Assembly: GCA_965226885.1 (NCBI GenBank)
Contig: CBDDEL010000016.1
Span: 640,001-704,000, forward strand
Direction of reading: 5' to 3'
Length of the DNA: 64,000 bases
DNA from: Opitutales bacterium
Lineage (GTDB): Bacteria > Verrucomicrobiota > Verrucomicrobiia > Opitutales > UBA2987
The translations under genes and the position numbers were made by a program. This document shows, piece after piece, positions 53,193-64,000 of the stretch (its first letter is position 1; the number at the start of each line of letters is the position of its first letter). The notes under the pieces are model-generated. The model saw only the letters and a list, made by a program, of their open reading frames with translations, ran no database searches and was not told where the DNA came from.

Positions 53193-55569
53193 CCCGGATA
53201 TTTCATGAAAAAAGTATCGCTGATATGCTTATCTGCTGATATACAGCAGGATAGATTAAACATTAAAGCAATATCAGCGATGACAAAAAGTAAACAATTA
53301 GAACTACAGTTGACAAGGGTAAAAGGCCGCCGTGTGCGGGTTGATTTTAGGTAGTGTATTAAGTAGGAATGGTGGCTAATTCTTGATTATATAGATGAAT
53401 GAAAAGTCTCAGACAGGTTTCATGCATACTCTTAAGCTTGGAAAAGGAGAGGGTTTTGCGTGTGAAACGACCCAGTCGTTGGCGCAGGGTATTGTTCCAT
53501 CGTTCCACATGGGCCGTTTCACCGGTTTCTCTTTTCCCACGGATCGGTTATGAGGAAAGACTTCATCATAAGTGCTCCAAAAGTCGCTGTAGGTGGCACA
53601 TCTTTTGTAGGCCCGTGGCAGACGCTCGTAAAGTTCCCGGCAACGATACCAATCCCGAGGCCCAATGGCATAGGAGAGGATTTGACGGGTGCGTCGGCAA
53701 AGAGCGATCCAAACCCATTGGGCATCGCTCTTGCGCCCCACAAAAGACCACAGTTCGTCCAGTTCAATGACATCATGGCGGCGGGCCGCAAGAATCGTGC
53801 TTTTGAGCGGTCGCAGCGATTGTCGTTTTTTTTAACCAACTCAAAACGGTGTTGGGACTCACCCCGAAGGCGCGCTGTAAACCGCGTAGACTGCTGCGTT
53901 CCTGATAGACTCGAAGGATCATTTCTTTTTGCTCTTCGGTGTATTTCACTGTGGGGTTTTGCGGCTTTGTTTACCACAATCATGGCAGCGGTAGCGCTGT
54001 TTATGGTTGGGCGTCTTGCCAAATTTAATGATATTTTCACTTCCACAGTGCCGACAATTAATAATTTTAGTAACCATGCACTAAAAATAAACTGCCTAAC
54101 GCTATTTGTACAGCTAAAAATACAAAATAACATTCTTTTTTTATACACTACCGATTTTAAGGGCGGTGAGGTTACTTCGGATGCCGGGCTGCTTTTGATC
54201 CGGGAAGTGGATCGGCGGTTGGGCTTGACCGAGCAAGCGGCCCGGCAATTAGTAGACAAACGGCAGAAGGGCAAAGTGCGCCATGAGATGCTGGCCATGA
54301 TCCGGCAGCGCGTTTACGGGCTGGTGGCGGGCTATGAGGATTTGAACGACTTTGACACCCTGCGCCGCGATCCTTTGTTGCAAACGGTAACGGGGCGCAC
54401 TGAAGCGTTGGCCAGCGCGCCGACTTTGTGTCGTTTTGAAAACGGGCAGGATCGGCGGGCAGCCTTTGCCCTGAACGAGTTGCTGGTCGAACAGTTCATG
54501 GGATCCTTTGCCGAGGAACCCGAAGAGATCATCCTGGACTTTGACGCCACCGACAATCCGGTGCACGGGCTCCAGGAGGGACGTTTTTTCCACGGTTATT
54601 ATGATCATTACTGTTTTTTGCCGCTGTATGTTTTTTGCGGCGATCAGCTTCTGGTGGCCTACCTGCGGCCCAGCAAGATCGATGCGAGCAAGCATGCCGG
54701 GGCCATCCTCAAATTGCTGGTTAAACGGATTCGCCAAAGCTGGCCCCATACGCGGATTATTTGGCGTGCCGACAGCGGATTCTGCCGGGATCGGATTCTC
54801 TCGTGGTGCGAGCGCAACGAGGTTTATTTTATAGTGGGAACGGCCCGCCATGCACGCTTGCAGCAAGCGGCCCGGCAGTTGCAGGAGCAAGCCAAACAAT
54901 GGTTCGAGGGTAGCGGCAAAAAGCAACGGCTGTTTCAGCACTTCGAGTATGGGGCAAAATCGTGGCGGCGCCAACGCCTTATCATCCACAAAGCCGAACA
55001 CACCGCACAGGGGTCCAACCCGCGCTTCGTGGTGACGAACCTGCAGGGCGATCCCCAAGAGCTTTACGACAAAGTATACTGTGGCCGCGGTGAGATGGAG
55101 AACCGGATCAAGGAACAGATGCAATTGTTCAGCGAACGCACCAGCGCGCATAAATGGTGGGCCAACCAGTGGCGATTGCTCTTGTCGGGGCTGGCCTACA
55201 CCTTGATGGAAGCCTTGCGCCGGTTCGCATTAAAAGGGACGAAGTGGGCGCGTCTCCAATGCCACAGTCTACGGCTAAAATTAATCAAGATCGGAGCGGT
55301 AATCGTGCGCAACACCCGAACGATTCACTTTCACCTAAGTGAAAGTTATCCATGGGCCAGTCTTTTCAACCATGCGGCCCGCCGGTTGGTGCCAACCTAA
55401 AGGGCGCATTGGCGCTGCCCCCGGCGCTACCGAACCAATGGGGGAAAGGGGGAAGTGTCTCTACACCCTGAAAAACACCTCAAAATCAAGACGATCCGCC
55501 CAAAATACAAAGAAATCCATCTCCAATAGCAATAACGAGCCAAACTTTACCCTTCATGAAATATCCGGG
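53193..55569 (+). mobile_element. IS1380 variant B copy 5, interrupted by IS1
   Basis: Target duplication CTAG; length 2377 = 1567 + 803 + 7. Confidence 0.95.
53350..54152 (-). mobile_element. IS1 copy 2 nested in IS1380 (frameshifted)
   Basis: TIR GGTAGTGTAT, 7-bp duplication GATTTTA; small indels relative to copy 1 break insA and insB. Confidence 0.94.
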
Positions 55570-55990
55570 CTAGGCACCCGCTTCACCATGGAGGAAGATT
55601 TTTACAAAGGCCGATTGGCTCGAAACCACGGATTAAAAATCCTCGTTCCGACAAAGGAAAAAAGGGAAATCATTAACCGGGTCATCTATAATGAGCTCTG
55701 TCGCGGAAACATTGAGCAGGAGTCGAAAAAAGTTTTTCAGGAAATCATGCAAAATCTCCTCGATAACGGGGCCGAGGGAATTATCCTTGGCTGCACGGAA
55801 ATAGCGTTACTGGTCCCGCCGGATTCGTCAACCGCCAGATTATTCGACACCACACTCATTCACGCAAATAAGTTGGTAAGCAAAATATTAGAGGAATAGC
55901 CATTATCCGAGTCCGAAATCGAAGATGGTTCAATCTTTGACAAAAGCGGAAGACGACTCCGGAAATTCGGCCTGGGACGCCCCCAAAGAC

Positions 55991-57333
55991 TGACGTGTAC
56001 TGGATTTGTTGGACACGGGATTCTCTTATATTCATTGTTTATTGATTAGTGTGTCAGGCGGCTTGTTTTGGTAAAGGGTTTTGTTTTCTCGTTGCCCCCC
56101 ATGGGGGGCAAATATTTTCCTCGAATTGGACTGGGCTTTGGTAACTCAGAGAGGAATGTTTGCGATATCGGTTGTAGAAGATTTCCACGTATTCGAAGAC
56201 AGTTGATCGCAGTTCGCGCTCGTCGGCAAAGTGGCGGCCTCGAATCGTGCTGGTCTTGAAGCGGCCGTAGAACGATTCCATGGCCGCGTTGTCGTAGCAG
56301 TTGCCTTGGGCGCTCATGCTCGGCTTCATGCCTAGTTCAGAGACCAGCCTCTGATAGTCGTCGCTGGCGTAGGGGCTGCCCCGATCGCTGTGATGAATAA
56401 TCCCGGTGCGCAGTGTGCCGCGGGTCATGGCCGCGGCTTTGAGGGCCTTGCCAACCAGCTTCGCGTCGTTGTGGTTGGAAACGCTCCAGCCCAGCAGGCG
56501 TCGGCTGAACAGGTCCATCACCGTGGCCAAGTACATCCAACCGGCCAGGGTCCGTAGGTAGGTCGTGTCCGCCACCCAGACCTCGTCGATATGGGTCGGC
56601 TGGCCATGCTTTTTAAGCACATTGGGGCTGTAACCATAGGGATGGTTACTGTTGGTTTTTAATGGCTTAAAGCGTTTACTCTGGGTGCTTTTGATTCCCA
56701 TTTCACGCATCAGACGCAGAGCCCGGTCACGGCCGCAATCGATGCCCTCATCATCCTTCAGATGGCGGTGCATTGGCCGATGCCCATAGCGGCCCTTGGC
56801 CTCTTTGTGTACCTTCAGGATCGCCCCCTTGATTCCCTCGTCCTCGATCCGCCGGGCCGAGGGCGCTCGGTGCCTCCAGCAGTAATAGCCACTGCAACAA
56901 ATCCCCATCGCCGAGCATATTTCCTCGATCTTGAAGCGCCCCTCGTTGTCTTTGACAAACTGGTACTTCATTGTTCGTCCTTGGCAAAGTAGCCCACCGT
57001 TTTTTTTAGTATCTGGTTGATCCGCTCCGAGCGGCGCAGCTCTTTGCGAAGACGATCTATCTCGGCCGCCATCTCCTTCGGACTGCTCTGTCGCTTTGAG
57101 GTGGCTTCGCCCTGCTGATCGTCCAGATAGAGCCTCTTCCACCTATACAATTGGTTGGTGTTGACCCCAAGTTTGGTCGATACCTCGGTGGCGCTCAGAC
57201 CATCGAGTATCATCAGTTGAACTGCCTCATTTTTGAACTCTATACTAAAGCGTCTTCTTCCCACGCGCCTTCTTCCCATGCTTCGATTCTCCATTTAGGA
57301 GAATCTCGTGTCCACTTTTTCCAGTGCACATCA
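55991..57333 (-). mobile_element. IS3-family element (orfA 57294..56968, orfB ending at 56054)
   Basis: TG...CA ends with imperfect TIR (TGATGTGCACTGGA/TGACGTGTACTGGA); A8C slip site; WVADTTY, HSDRGS and DNAAMESF motifs; no target duplication. Confidence 0.95.
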
Positions 57334-58759
57334 CTATCGCTCGAAAAAGGACAGCTGTCTTTATACTCGACCCTTGTAGGGGCTTATAAACCAGATGTAG
57401 GAGTATGCGCATAAGCGTTGTTTTCCCGCACCGCTTTTCGGGCGACATGATCGCCAGGATGGGCGAGAAGTCAAATGCGTCGTAAACATAGGAATGCATA
57501 ATCCACAGAGCGACCACCGCCGCAGCGCCCTCGGGAAGGATGCAATGTCGGGTGAGAATGGAGGTTAAATCGGATAAAAGGTCGGTTCCATTCACCGGTT
57601 CTGGCCAGGGCTCGACCTTTTCAAACATTGCCTGTTGCCCGTTTTCGCCATCTTGGGCCGCGCTTTTTTTGCGCAATTTTTCCACTTCAGCATCCAGGGT
57701 AACCTCCCGGATATCCAACCGTTTAGCTTCCGCCTTCCGGCATTGATCATACTCAATGGGCGAGAGGGCCGCCAGTTTGCCTAGAACCACACTAAGGGGT
57801 AGGGATGGCTCATTGGCTTCCGCGAGTAATTCCCTCACCTTTTCGGCCCCCTCAAGCTGATTCAGGTCGTTGAAATCGGTTGGGTTGCTGGACGTATTCT
57901 TGAACTCAGGAACGGCCACTTTTCCCCCAACGGCCAGGGCTGCTTCCTGGGCCTTGGCCAGGCCGGGATTCCTATCTGTTTGGGTGTCGTTGTCGGCGGC
58001 AATGATTATATCGGTGTCGGGGAACTTTTGATGAATTGCCTCCGCTACCGCCGGAAGGTTTCCAGAATTGAAAGCGACTACCGCCGCCGCGCCCATCGTT
58101 TCATAGATTGTGGCTGCAGTTGCATACCCTTCCACAATAAAAATCTTCCCGTTCGGTTCACCGATGATGTGGTGACCTCCCTTCACTCGGCCGCCAGACA
58201 GGAATTTCTTGCTGCCATCTGGCCCGATGAATTGCAAGGATTGTAAGGCGCCCTCAATATTTTTCACAGAAATGACCAGCGAGCCTCCATTTGCGCGAAT
58301 ACCATGCGCGCCTACGCCCTTATTTTTGAGGTATGGATGGCTCGTTACATCAGAAGCTTTCTCCCATGTATCCCTGGCACGCTCTCGCGCTTCAGCGTGA
58401 ACCTTGGCCGCCTCTGCCTCGCGAAGTTGCTTGGCCTCGTTGAGCCGCCAGGTGAGTTTTTTTCGCTCGCTAGGATTCATCTGATTCCTGTTTTTTTGGC
58501 TCCAGGTCCCGCTGATCCCGCGCCGCCAGCACCCGAAGGCCCCGGCGGGAACTTCGCCATCGAAAAGGACATACCACCCGTTTCTTGACTCGGTCTTGTC
58601 GCCCTCTACGTGGAACCGGTGCAATCTGCCATCGGCAACCAGGTGGGCATCGGTGTCGATCCCCGCATCCCGCATTGCCTGCCGAATATTTTCGGTCCAG
58701 TCGCGCCCCTGTAAAGTTGGCTGCCGCCCCAGTTTGAGCGGCGGTGTCGATGTTTGCAT
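57334..58759 (-). pseudogene. Toprim primase of satellite/ICE type, C-terminally truncated by IS3
   Basis: VEGYATA, IAADND and TDFNDL toprim motifs; P-loop SPEKRCGKT; the reading frame runs into the IS3 end. Confidence 0.85.
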
Positions 58760-58775
58760 TGCTGTTTTTCTCTGG

Positions 58776-58994
58776 TTATTGAATCGTTAGAAAGCGTTCA
58801 ATTTCTTGCCGGGGAATCAACTTGTGGCGCAACGTATTGTTGCAGCGCAATTCGCCTCTTTTTATAAGTCGGAAGACCGAGTGATAAGAGACGCCGAGGG
58901 TGGCGGCGGTTTCTTTAATCGAAAAGGCCATGCGCTCCACGTGTGGCGGCTGAAGGCTTCTGTCATTAGCTGGTTTCTTTATATTGGTCACCAC
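58776..58994 (-). CDS. Excisionase-like HTH DNA-binding protein
   Basis: AFSIKETAATLGVSYHSVFRLIKRGEL..LIPRQEIERFL; lies between integrase and primase. Confidence 0.82.
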   Translation of the reverse strand: MVTNIKKPANDRSLQPPHVERMAFSIKETAATLGVSYHSVFRLIKRGELRCNNTLRHKLIPRQEIERFLTIQ

Positions 58995-59208
58995 ATTAGC
59001 ACAAATACGATTTTGAGCGAGAGCAGAACTTGGGGGTTTATTTTTACTGCCCCTTTTTTCAGCTTTTACATGGAATCACATGTTCTTAATCATTGTATGA
59101 CAATACTTTGGATCATAGTAATCGACTCCATGTTCATCGTGGTATTTTACACAATAGGAAGTTGAGGGTATGTAATCGGATGTCCAATTCCTATGTAGTG
59201 ATTGCGCA

Positions 59209-60405
59209 TTATCCGCTCCTTTCCTGAAACCCGACTACTTTTTCGCTCAAATCTCCCTTATCGAAACTCACTTTCCTTGCCGCCGCCAGGCTATGTTCAT
59301 CGCGGAGGTGTCCATATCGCCGCATAAGCAGCGCACCGCCATCCTTGTGGCCTATCCAGCGGCTTATAGTTGGAATATCGACCCCGCTCTCTATGCACCT
59401 GGTAATGAATAGGTGTCTCAGGTCATGGTGTGTTATGCGTTCAATCCCGATTACGCCGGCGGCGCGGGTCATTGACTTCTGACATTCCCTTATCCTGAGA
59501 ACTCTCGAATTCAAGGAATCAAATTCCCTTTCGGCCCGCATTCGTTCCAACAGCTGTCGGAGGGCCGCGACCATCGGAAAGGTGCGATAATCGTCTGTTT
59601 TCTCTCCATAAACCCGCACTTGTCCGCTGTCGAAGTCGATGTCGCGCCATGTCAAAAGCCGGGCCTCTCTTATGCGGCAGCCACTAAAGGCCAGAAATTT
59701 TACCAGATCGGCGCAATCTCTTGCCTGGGGCGCGCCGCTTTCGGCAATCTCTTTAACGAAAAGGAAAAACTGTTTTCCACTGGGAAGCCTTAATTCCTTT
59801 GGCTTTTCACGGGCACGCTTAATGCCTCGAACCGGGTTCTCATAAATGGCGCCGGCCTCAACGGCGATGTCAAAAAGTCTTCTCAGTGTGTCCTTGGCTT
59901 TGTTAAAACTGGAAGCGGAAGCTCCCTTCGGTATTGCCCGTAATGATCCAGGGGGAGTAAAGCCAGTCCCGTTTTTCAGGTAGCAGCTGGCCCACTTTCG
60001 GCAGTGAATAGTCGTAACCTTTCGCACGTCCATCCTGGATAGTTCAGGCCAGCTCTTCCTTATCTTCTGGATGGCGTCGATGCGGGCCTTTATGGAACCG
60101 GGCCGCAGGTTGGGGTCAACTTCCACCATTGCCCTGTAGGAGGCTATCGCATCTTCAACGGTCATTCGCCCAACATCGCGAGCATTTACCCGTTCAAGCC
60201 TTTGCCGCTCCCTTTTAATTACATCGGAGAGGCGTAGCTTTGCGACGCTGTAAACATCGGTTTTTAAAGTCAGCCATTTTTGCTTGCCACCTACCTTGAA
60301 CCGGGCGTAATACTTCCCGCTTTCAGAATTTCTGAGGAGGTTTTGGACCTTGGTTCTTTTCCACACAGTTTTAGCTGAATTGCTCTCATTTTTGCTCTGT
60401 TTCAT
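59209..60405 (-). CDS. Tyrosine recombinase/integrase
   Basis: Catalytic residues R (GCRIRE), K, HDLRH, GH and Y (RRYGH); N-terminal arm-binding-like region. Confidence 0.93.
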   Translation of the reverse strand: MKQSKNESNSAKTVWKRTKVQNLLRNSESGKYYARFKVGGKQKWLTLKTDVYSVAKLRLSDVIKRERQRLERVNARDVGRMTVEDAIASYRAMVEVDPNLRPGSIKARIDAIQKIRKSWPELSRMDVRKVTTIHCRKWASCYLKNGTGFTPPGSLRAIPKGASASSFNKAKDTLRRLFDIAVEAGAIYENPVRGIKRAREKPKELRLPSGKQFFLFVKEIAESGAPQARDCADLVKFLAFSGCRIREARLLTWRDIDFDSGQVRVYGEKTDDYRTFPMVAALRQLLERMRAEREFDSLNSRVLRIRECQKSMTRAAGVIGIERITHHDLRHLFITRCIESGVDIPTISRWIGHKDGGALLMRRYGHLRDEHSLAAARKVSFDKGDLSEKVVGFQERSG

Positions 60406-60486
60406 GGGTTGAGTGTAGAAAAGGGGGTTAGAAAAAGTCAAAAAGAAAAGAAAACTCCATCATAAGTTTTTGAGTACCAACAAGAT

Positions 60487-60561
60487 GGGTCGGTAGCTCA
60501 ATGGTAGAGCAGTGGCCTTTTAAGCCATTGGTTCTGGGTTCGATCCCCAGCCGGCCTACCA
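60487..60561 (+). tRNA. tRNA-Lys (UUU)
   Basis: Cloverleaf GGGTCGG...CCGGCCTACCA, anticodon loop CTTTTAA, T-loop GTTCGAT. Confidence 0.96.
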
Positions 60562-60654
60562 TTTTGCCTCCTACACGTCCTCGGCATGGGCGTGCCTTTC
60601 TAAGTCTATTAGGTAGACAAATGAGGAAGAATCCGTCATCGCCATGAGCCGTTT

Positions 60655-61629
60655 ATGAAATATCACGAAAATATTCTCGAAGCCATCGGGCATACACCCT
60701 TGATCAAGCTGAACAACTTGGTCGATGATTCCATGGCGACCATCCTGGTGAAAGCCGAATTCCTGAACCCTGCCGGCTCGATCAAGGACCGCATGGCCGC
60801 GCATATCGTGCGAAAAGCGGAGGAGGAGGGACTAATAAAACCGGGGGGTACATTGGTTGAAGGGACATCCGGCAACACCGGGCAGGGTCTGGCTATGGCG
60901 GCGGCAGTTAAAGGCTACAAGTGCATATTCACCATGCCAGACAAAATGAGCCAGGAAAAGGCCGATATGATGATGGCTTTTGGGGCGAAGGTAGTCGTCA
61001 CCCCGACCAATGTGGCCCATAACCATCCCGACCATTACTGCCAAAAAGCCATCAGTATCGCCAGGGAAACCCCCAATTCCCTGTTCACCGACCAGTATAA
61101 CAACCCGGCCAATATCGAAGCGCATTACCTGACCACCGGCCCGGAAATATGGAAGGACACCGATGGGCTGGTCGATTATTTCGTGGCCGGGGCAAGCACG
61201 GGGGGCACGGTTACGGGGACCGGAAAATACCTCAAGGAGCAGGCAGCCAAAGGCGGGCGGCAAGTCGAAGTGATTGTCTCGGATCCGGAGGGTAGCATTT
61301 TTTACGATCTCTTTTACAAAACGGGCAACATCAACTCCCACCCTTACAAGGTGGAAGGGATCGGCAATGACGTGCACTGCGATTGCCTGGACCTGAGCGT
61401 TCTCGACCAGGTTATCCGGCATTCGGACAAAGATGCATTTCTCACCGCCCGTCGTTTGACCCGCGAAGAAGGCATATTTGCGGGTGGTTCCTCAGGGGCC
61501 AATGTTTTGGTCGCGCTGCAGGTGGCCAAGGAGGCCGGACCGGGGAAAATCGTTGTCGCCATGCTGCCCGATTCGGGCAGCCGCTACATTAGCAAAATTT
61601 TCAACGACGAGTATATGGACAGCCTGTAA
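60655..61629 (+). CDS. PLP-dependent cysteine synthase / cystathionine beta-synthase family protein
   Basis: IGHTPL, NPAGSIKDR, TSGNTG, TGGT, EGIG and PDSGSRY motifs. Confidence 0.93.
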   Translation: MKYHENILEAIGHTPLIKLNNLVDDSMATILVKAEFLNPAGSIKDRMAAHIVRKAEEEGLIKPGGTLVEGTSGNTGQGLAMAAAVKGYKCIFTMPDKMSQEKADMMMAFGAKVVVTPTNVAHNHPDHYCQKAISIARETPNSLFTDQYNNPANIEAHYLTTGPEIWKDTDGLVDYFVAGASTGGTVTGTGKYLKEQAAKGGRQVEVIVSDPEGSIFYDLFYKTGNINSHPYKVEGIGNDVHCDCLDLSVLDQVIRHSDKDAFLTARRLTREEGIFAGGSSGANVLVALQVAKEAGPGKIVVAMLPDSGSRYISKIFNDEYMDSL

Positions 61630-61645
61630 TCGGCGGTCTGAAGTT

Positions 61646-62451
61646 TTGTTAAACGAAATCGCGGCCCTGCAATTAGCCCATCTGCATTTCGAAGGAGAGG
61701 GGAAACCTCCTCTGGTGATTTTACACGGGCTGCTGGGCTCATCACGCAATTGGCGATGGATTGGCAAGAGCCTGGCCCGGGATTTTAATGTTTTCGCTCT
61801 GGACCTTCGCAATCACGGATTGTCCCCAAATAACGAGTCCATGACATTTGATGATCTCGTGGCCGATGTGCGACTCGCTTTGAGAAAATGGAAATTGGAG
61901 CAAATCATTCTGATGGGTCATAGCTGGGAGGTAAAGTGGCCATGAGACTGGCCTGCCGGCACAGTTCGACCATTAACTCCCTCATCGTGGTAGATGTAAC
62001 TCCCAAACAGTATCCGATTTTGCATCGTAAGATCTTTCAAGCCATGGCCTCGATCAATGCGTCGAAACTATCCAGCCGGACAGAGGCGGATCAACTACTG
62101 GAACCATTAATTGGCCATAAACGACTTCAGCAATTTATTTTGACCAACCTCGCGCGAGGCGCTGAAGGAAAATTCCACTGGCAGGTCAACCACCAAATCC
62201 TGGCCAAAAACCAGGATACCCTGGCCAGAAATCCATTATCTGAAAATGACCAATACGGAGGCCCGGTCCTGTTCATTCGTGGAGAAAATTCCCCTTTTCT
62301 GACGGAGAGCGATCTGCCACTCATCACCCGCCATTTCCCCAAGGCCACCATGACAACGATCCCCGGGGCCGGTCACAATCCGCATGTGGACAATAAGTCC
62401 GGTTTCCTGAGCGCAGTTCGGCAGTTTCGGAAAGTTTCAGAGATTTCATAA
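61646..62451 (+). pseudogene. Alpha/beta hydrolase (YbfF-like esterase), frameshifted at the nucleophile elbow
   Basis: LHGLLGS and DLRNHG motifs; GGTCATAGC-TGGGAGGTAAA is GHS(L)GGK missing one base near 61925; GHNPH near the end. Confidence 0.85.
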
Positions 62452-62660
62452 ACGGGCCAAACCGCAATAGGGGTTTCTTCTCCGAATCACATTTTGATGT
62501 TTGCGGGAGAGAATAGCTGTTTCTGCAAAGAGAATATTTATGGTGCGCGCTTTTTAAATTGAGTTTTGGGTAAATATCTTTATTAAAGGTTAAATCTGGC
62601 GTTAAATCTGGCAAATACGTACTGCTTAGTACGTTTGGATATAAAAGGGAAAGGGGAAAA

Positions 62661-63674
62661 ATGCTAAATTTTCGAGTGGTTTTTCTAGGAAATCTGCTAT
62701 TCGCGGCGTTCTTCCCAGGGAGTTGCTTCCTGCAGGCAAGTATTCGGGAAAGCGGCGGCGATCCAACAATCGCTATAACAGTGGAAACCGTAAATAGCGG
62801 GGGCGGCCTTTTGCGGATCGATTCCAATGTTGGCGGGATCGCTGGCGATCTCAGCCGAAGTGTACCGGAACCAGCCCAGTTTACTTCAAAAAATGGCTAT
62901 TTAGGACAGCTTTTCGATTTAACGGGGCTCGTCATCGGGCTGACTCCGGCAACGGTTAATGAGGAAGGTTCGGTTTAGTTGGAAGTTGCAGCCGCTTTCG
63001 ATGATGACACCCAACTCCCATTAGACCCCTCCGATGTCGATTGGAATGTGCAATCCGGGCCAATCATATACATTTTGGAATCTGGCTTGCTCAATGCGGA
63101 TACGGTCGAATCCGTGAGCATGCCTGCCGTTATCGCCGCCGCATACCTGGGAACCGACGGCACGCTTAATATCACTGTTTTAAATGTTGAGGACGGCAGC
63201 TTTACTGGGGATGGGCTACCGGATGCCTGGCAGATCATGTTCTTTTCGCCATTCGACGACAATACCGGCCCGGATGACGACGCCGATGGAGACGGCCTGA
63301 GCAATTTTTATGAATATGCCTTCAATTTTAACCCGATAACCACCGACAGCGGGTCGAGCCGTCAGCCGCCGCCAGACATTTTTACGGATACGGGACCGAC
63401 GTCTCAGAGCCCCAAATCATCAATCAACACCACTGTGGGTGACGAGCAGTTTTTAGCGCTCACCTTCCGGAAACGGCCCGACTCGGCGGGCCTTGATTAT
63501 ATCGTCGAGGTAGCCTCCACACCGACGGCTTCCGCCTGGGAAGCGATGACCACATTGGTAGGGCCTCCCGTTGGTCCCGACGAGGACGGAATGTTTACGG
63601 TGACCTACCGGGACAACATCCCATTTTCGGCCAGCAGCGCCCGGTTTATCCGCATCCGTGTGGTTAAGTTCTAG
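62661..63674 (+). pseudogene. Secreted protein with Asp-rich Ca-binding-like repeat, in-frame TAG at 62976-62978
   Basis: ORFs 62661..62978 and 62979..63674 are contiguous in one frame; signal peptide; DGLPDAWQ..DADGDGLSNFYEY. Confidence 0.7.
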
Positions 63675-63720
63675 CACTTTAAATTATTCTCCAACCCCAT
63701 CCACATTGGAATAAATCATT

Positions 63721-64000
63721 ATGAAAATAATCATAGCGAAAACCCCTAACAAACTATTCTCGCGCCTGGGCCTCGGTGTTACTGCCGCCGCAAGTGTCCT
63801 TTGGCTTTCGGCCATCACCCTTCAAGCAGTTCCCGGTATTATTAATTATCAAGGGAAAATCAGTGAGGACGGTGTGATTTTCGACGGCACGGGCCAGTTT
63901 AAATTCGCCCTCGTCCACGGCGGGGAAACAGTTACCGATTGGAGCAACGATGGAACCAGCACCAACGGCAACGAACCGACCACCTTCGTATCCCTGGAAG
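63721..64000 (+). CDS. Secreted protein, partial (runs off the window)
   Basis: MKIIIAK...signal peptide...VPGIINYQGKI..GTGQFKFALV..WSNDGTS; open to the window end. Confidence 0.7.
   Translation, partial: MKIIIAKTPNKLFSRLGLGVTAAASVLWLSAITLQAVPGIINYQGKISEDGVIFDGTGQFKFALVHGGETVTDWSNDGTSTNGNEPTTFVSLE

Larger units (their letters stand above)
52823..55899 (+). pseudogene. Aspartate/glutamate racemase (YgeA/RacX-like) interrupted by IS1380::IS1
   Basis: GLIGGMSWEST, CTNTMH and ILGCTEI motifs; removing the IS gives VGLLGTRFTME in frame. Confidence 0.92.

Noticed and set aside
62976..62978. Pyrrolysine or programmed amber readthrough
   Set aside because: No pyl genes in the window, TAG serves as a normal stop elsewhere, and many neighbouring genes are pseudogenes.

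Overview
Bacterial chromosomal window. A Verrucomicrobiota/Opitutales-like host is inferred from protein style only and is not proven. The housekeeping backbone is intact: mfd, SurA-like PPIase, radC, PP2C phosphatase, DinG/YoaA helicase, nuoBCDEFGHIJKLMN without an adjacent nuoA, glgC, glmS, rpsT, a bS22-like peptide, RNase P RNA, tRNA-Lys and cysteine synthase. Roughly a quarter of the window (~15 kb by my coordinate tally) is IS DNA: five 1567-bp IS1380 copies in two variants, two IS1, two ISNCY/IS5-related elements, one IS3, an IS3 stub, an IS4/IS50 remnant and a 297-bp MITE. Most accessory genes are broken. The main system is a Tn7-like transposon 23 bp downstream of glmS, with a clear Tn7R-like end, an intact 220-aa Xre-HTH gene placed between that end and a divergent tnsABCD operon, and no tnsE or cas genes. 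tnsA, tnsB and tnsD are each inactivated by a lesion that can be removed exactly in silico; the far end and cargo are lost. Other points: a phage-satellite-like int-xis-primase remnant on the 5' side of tRNA-Lys, many perfect 7-24 bp tandem duplications, and a candidate structured RNA downstream of the bS22-like gene. No CRISPR array was found.
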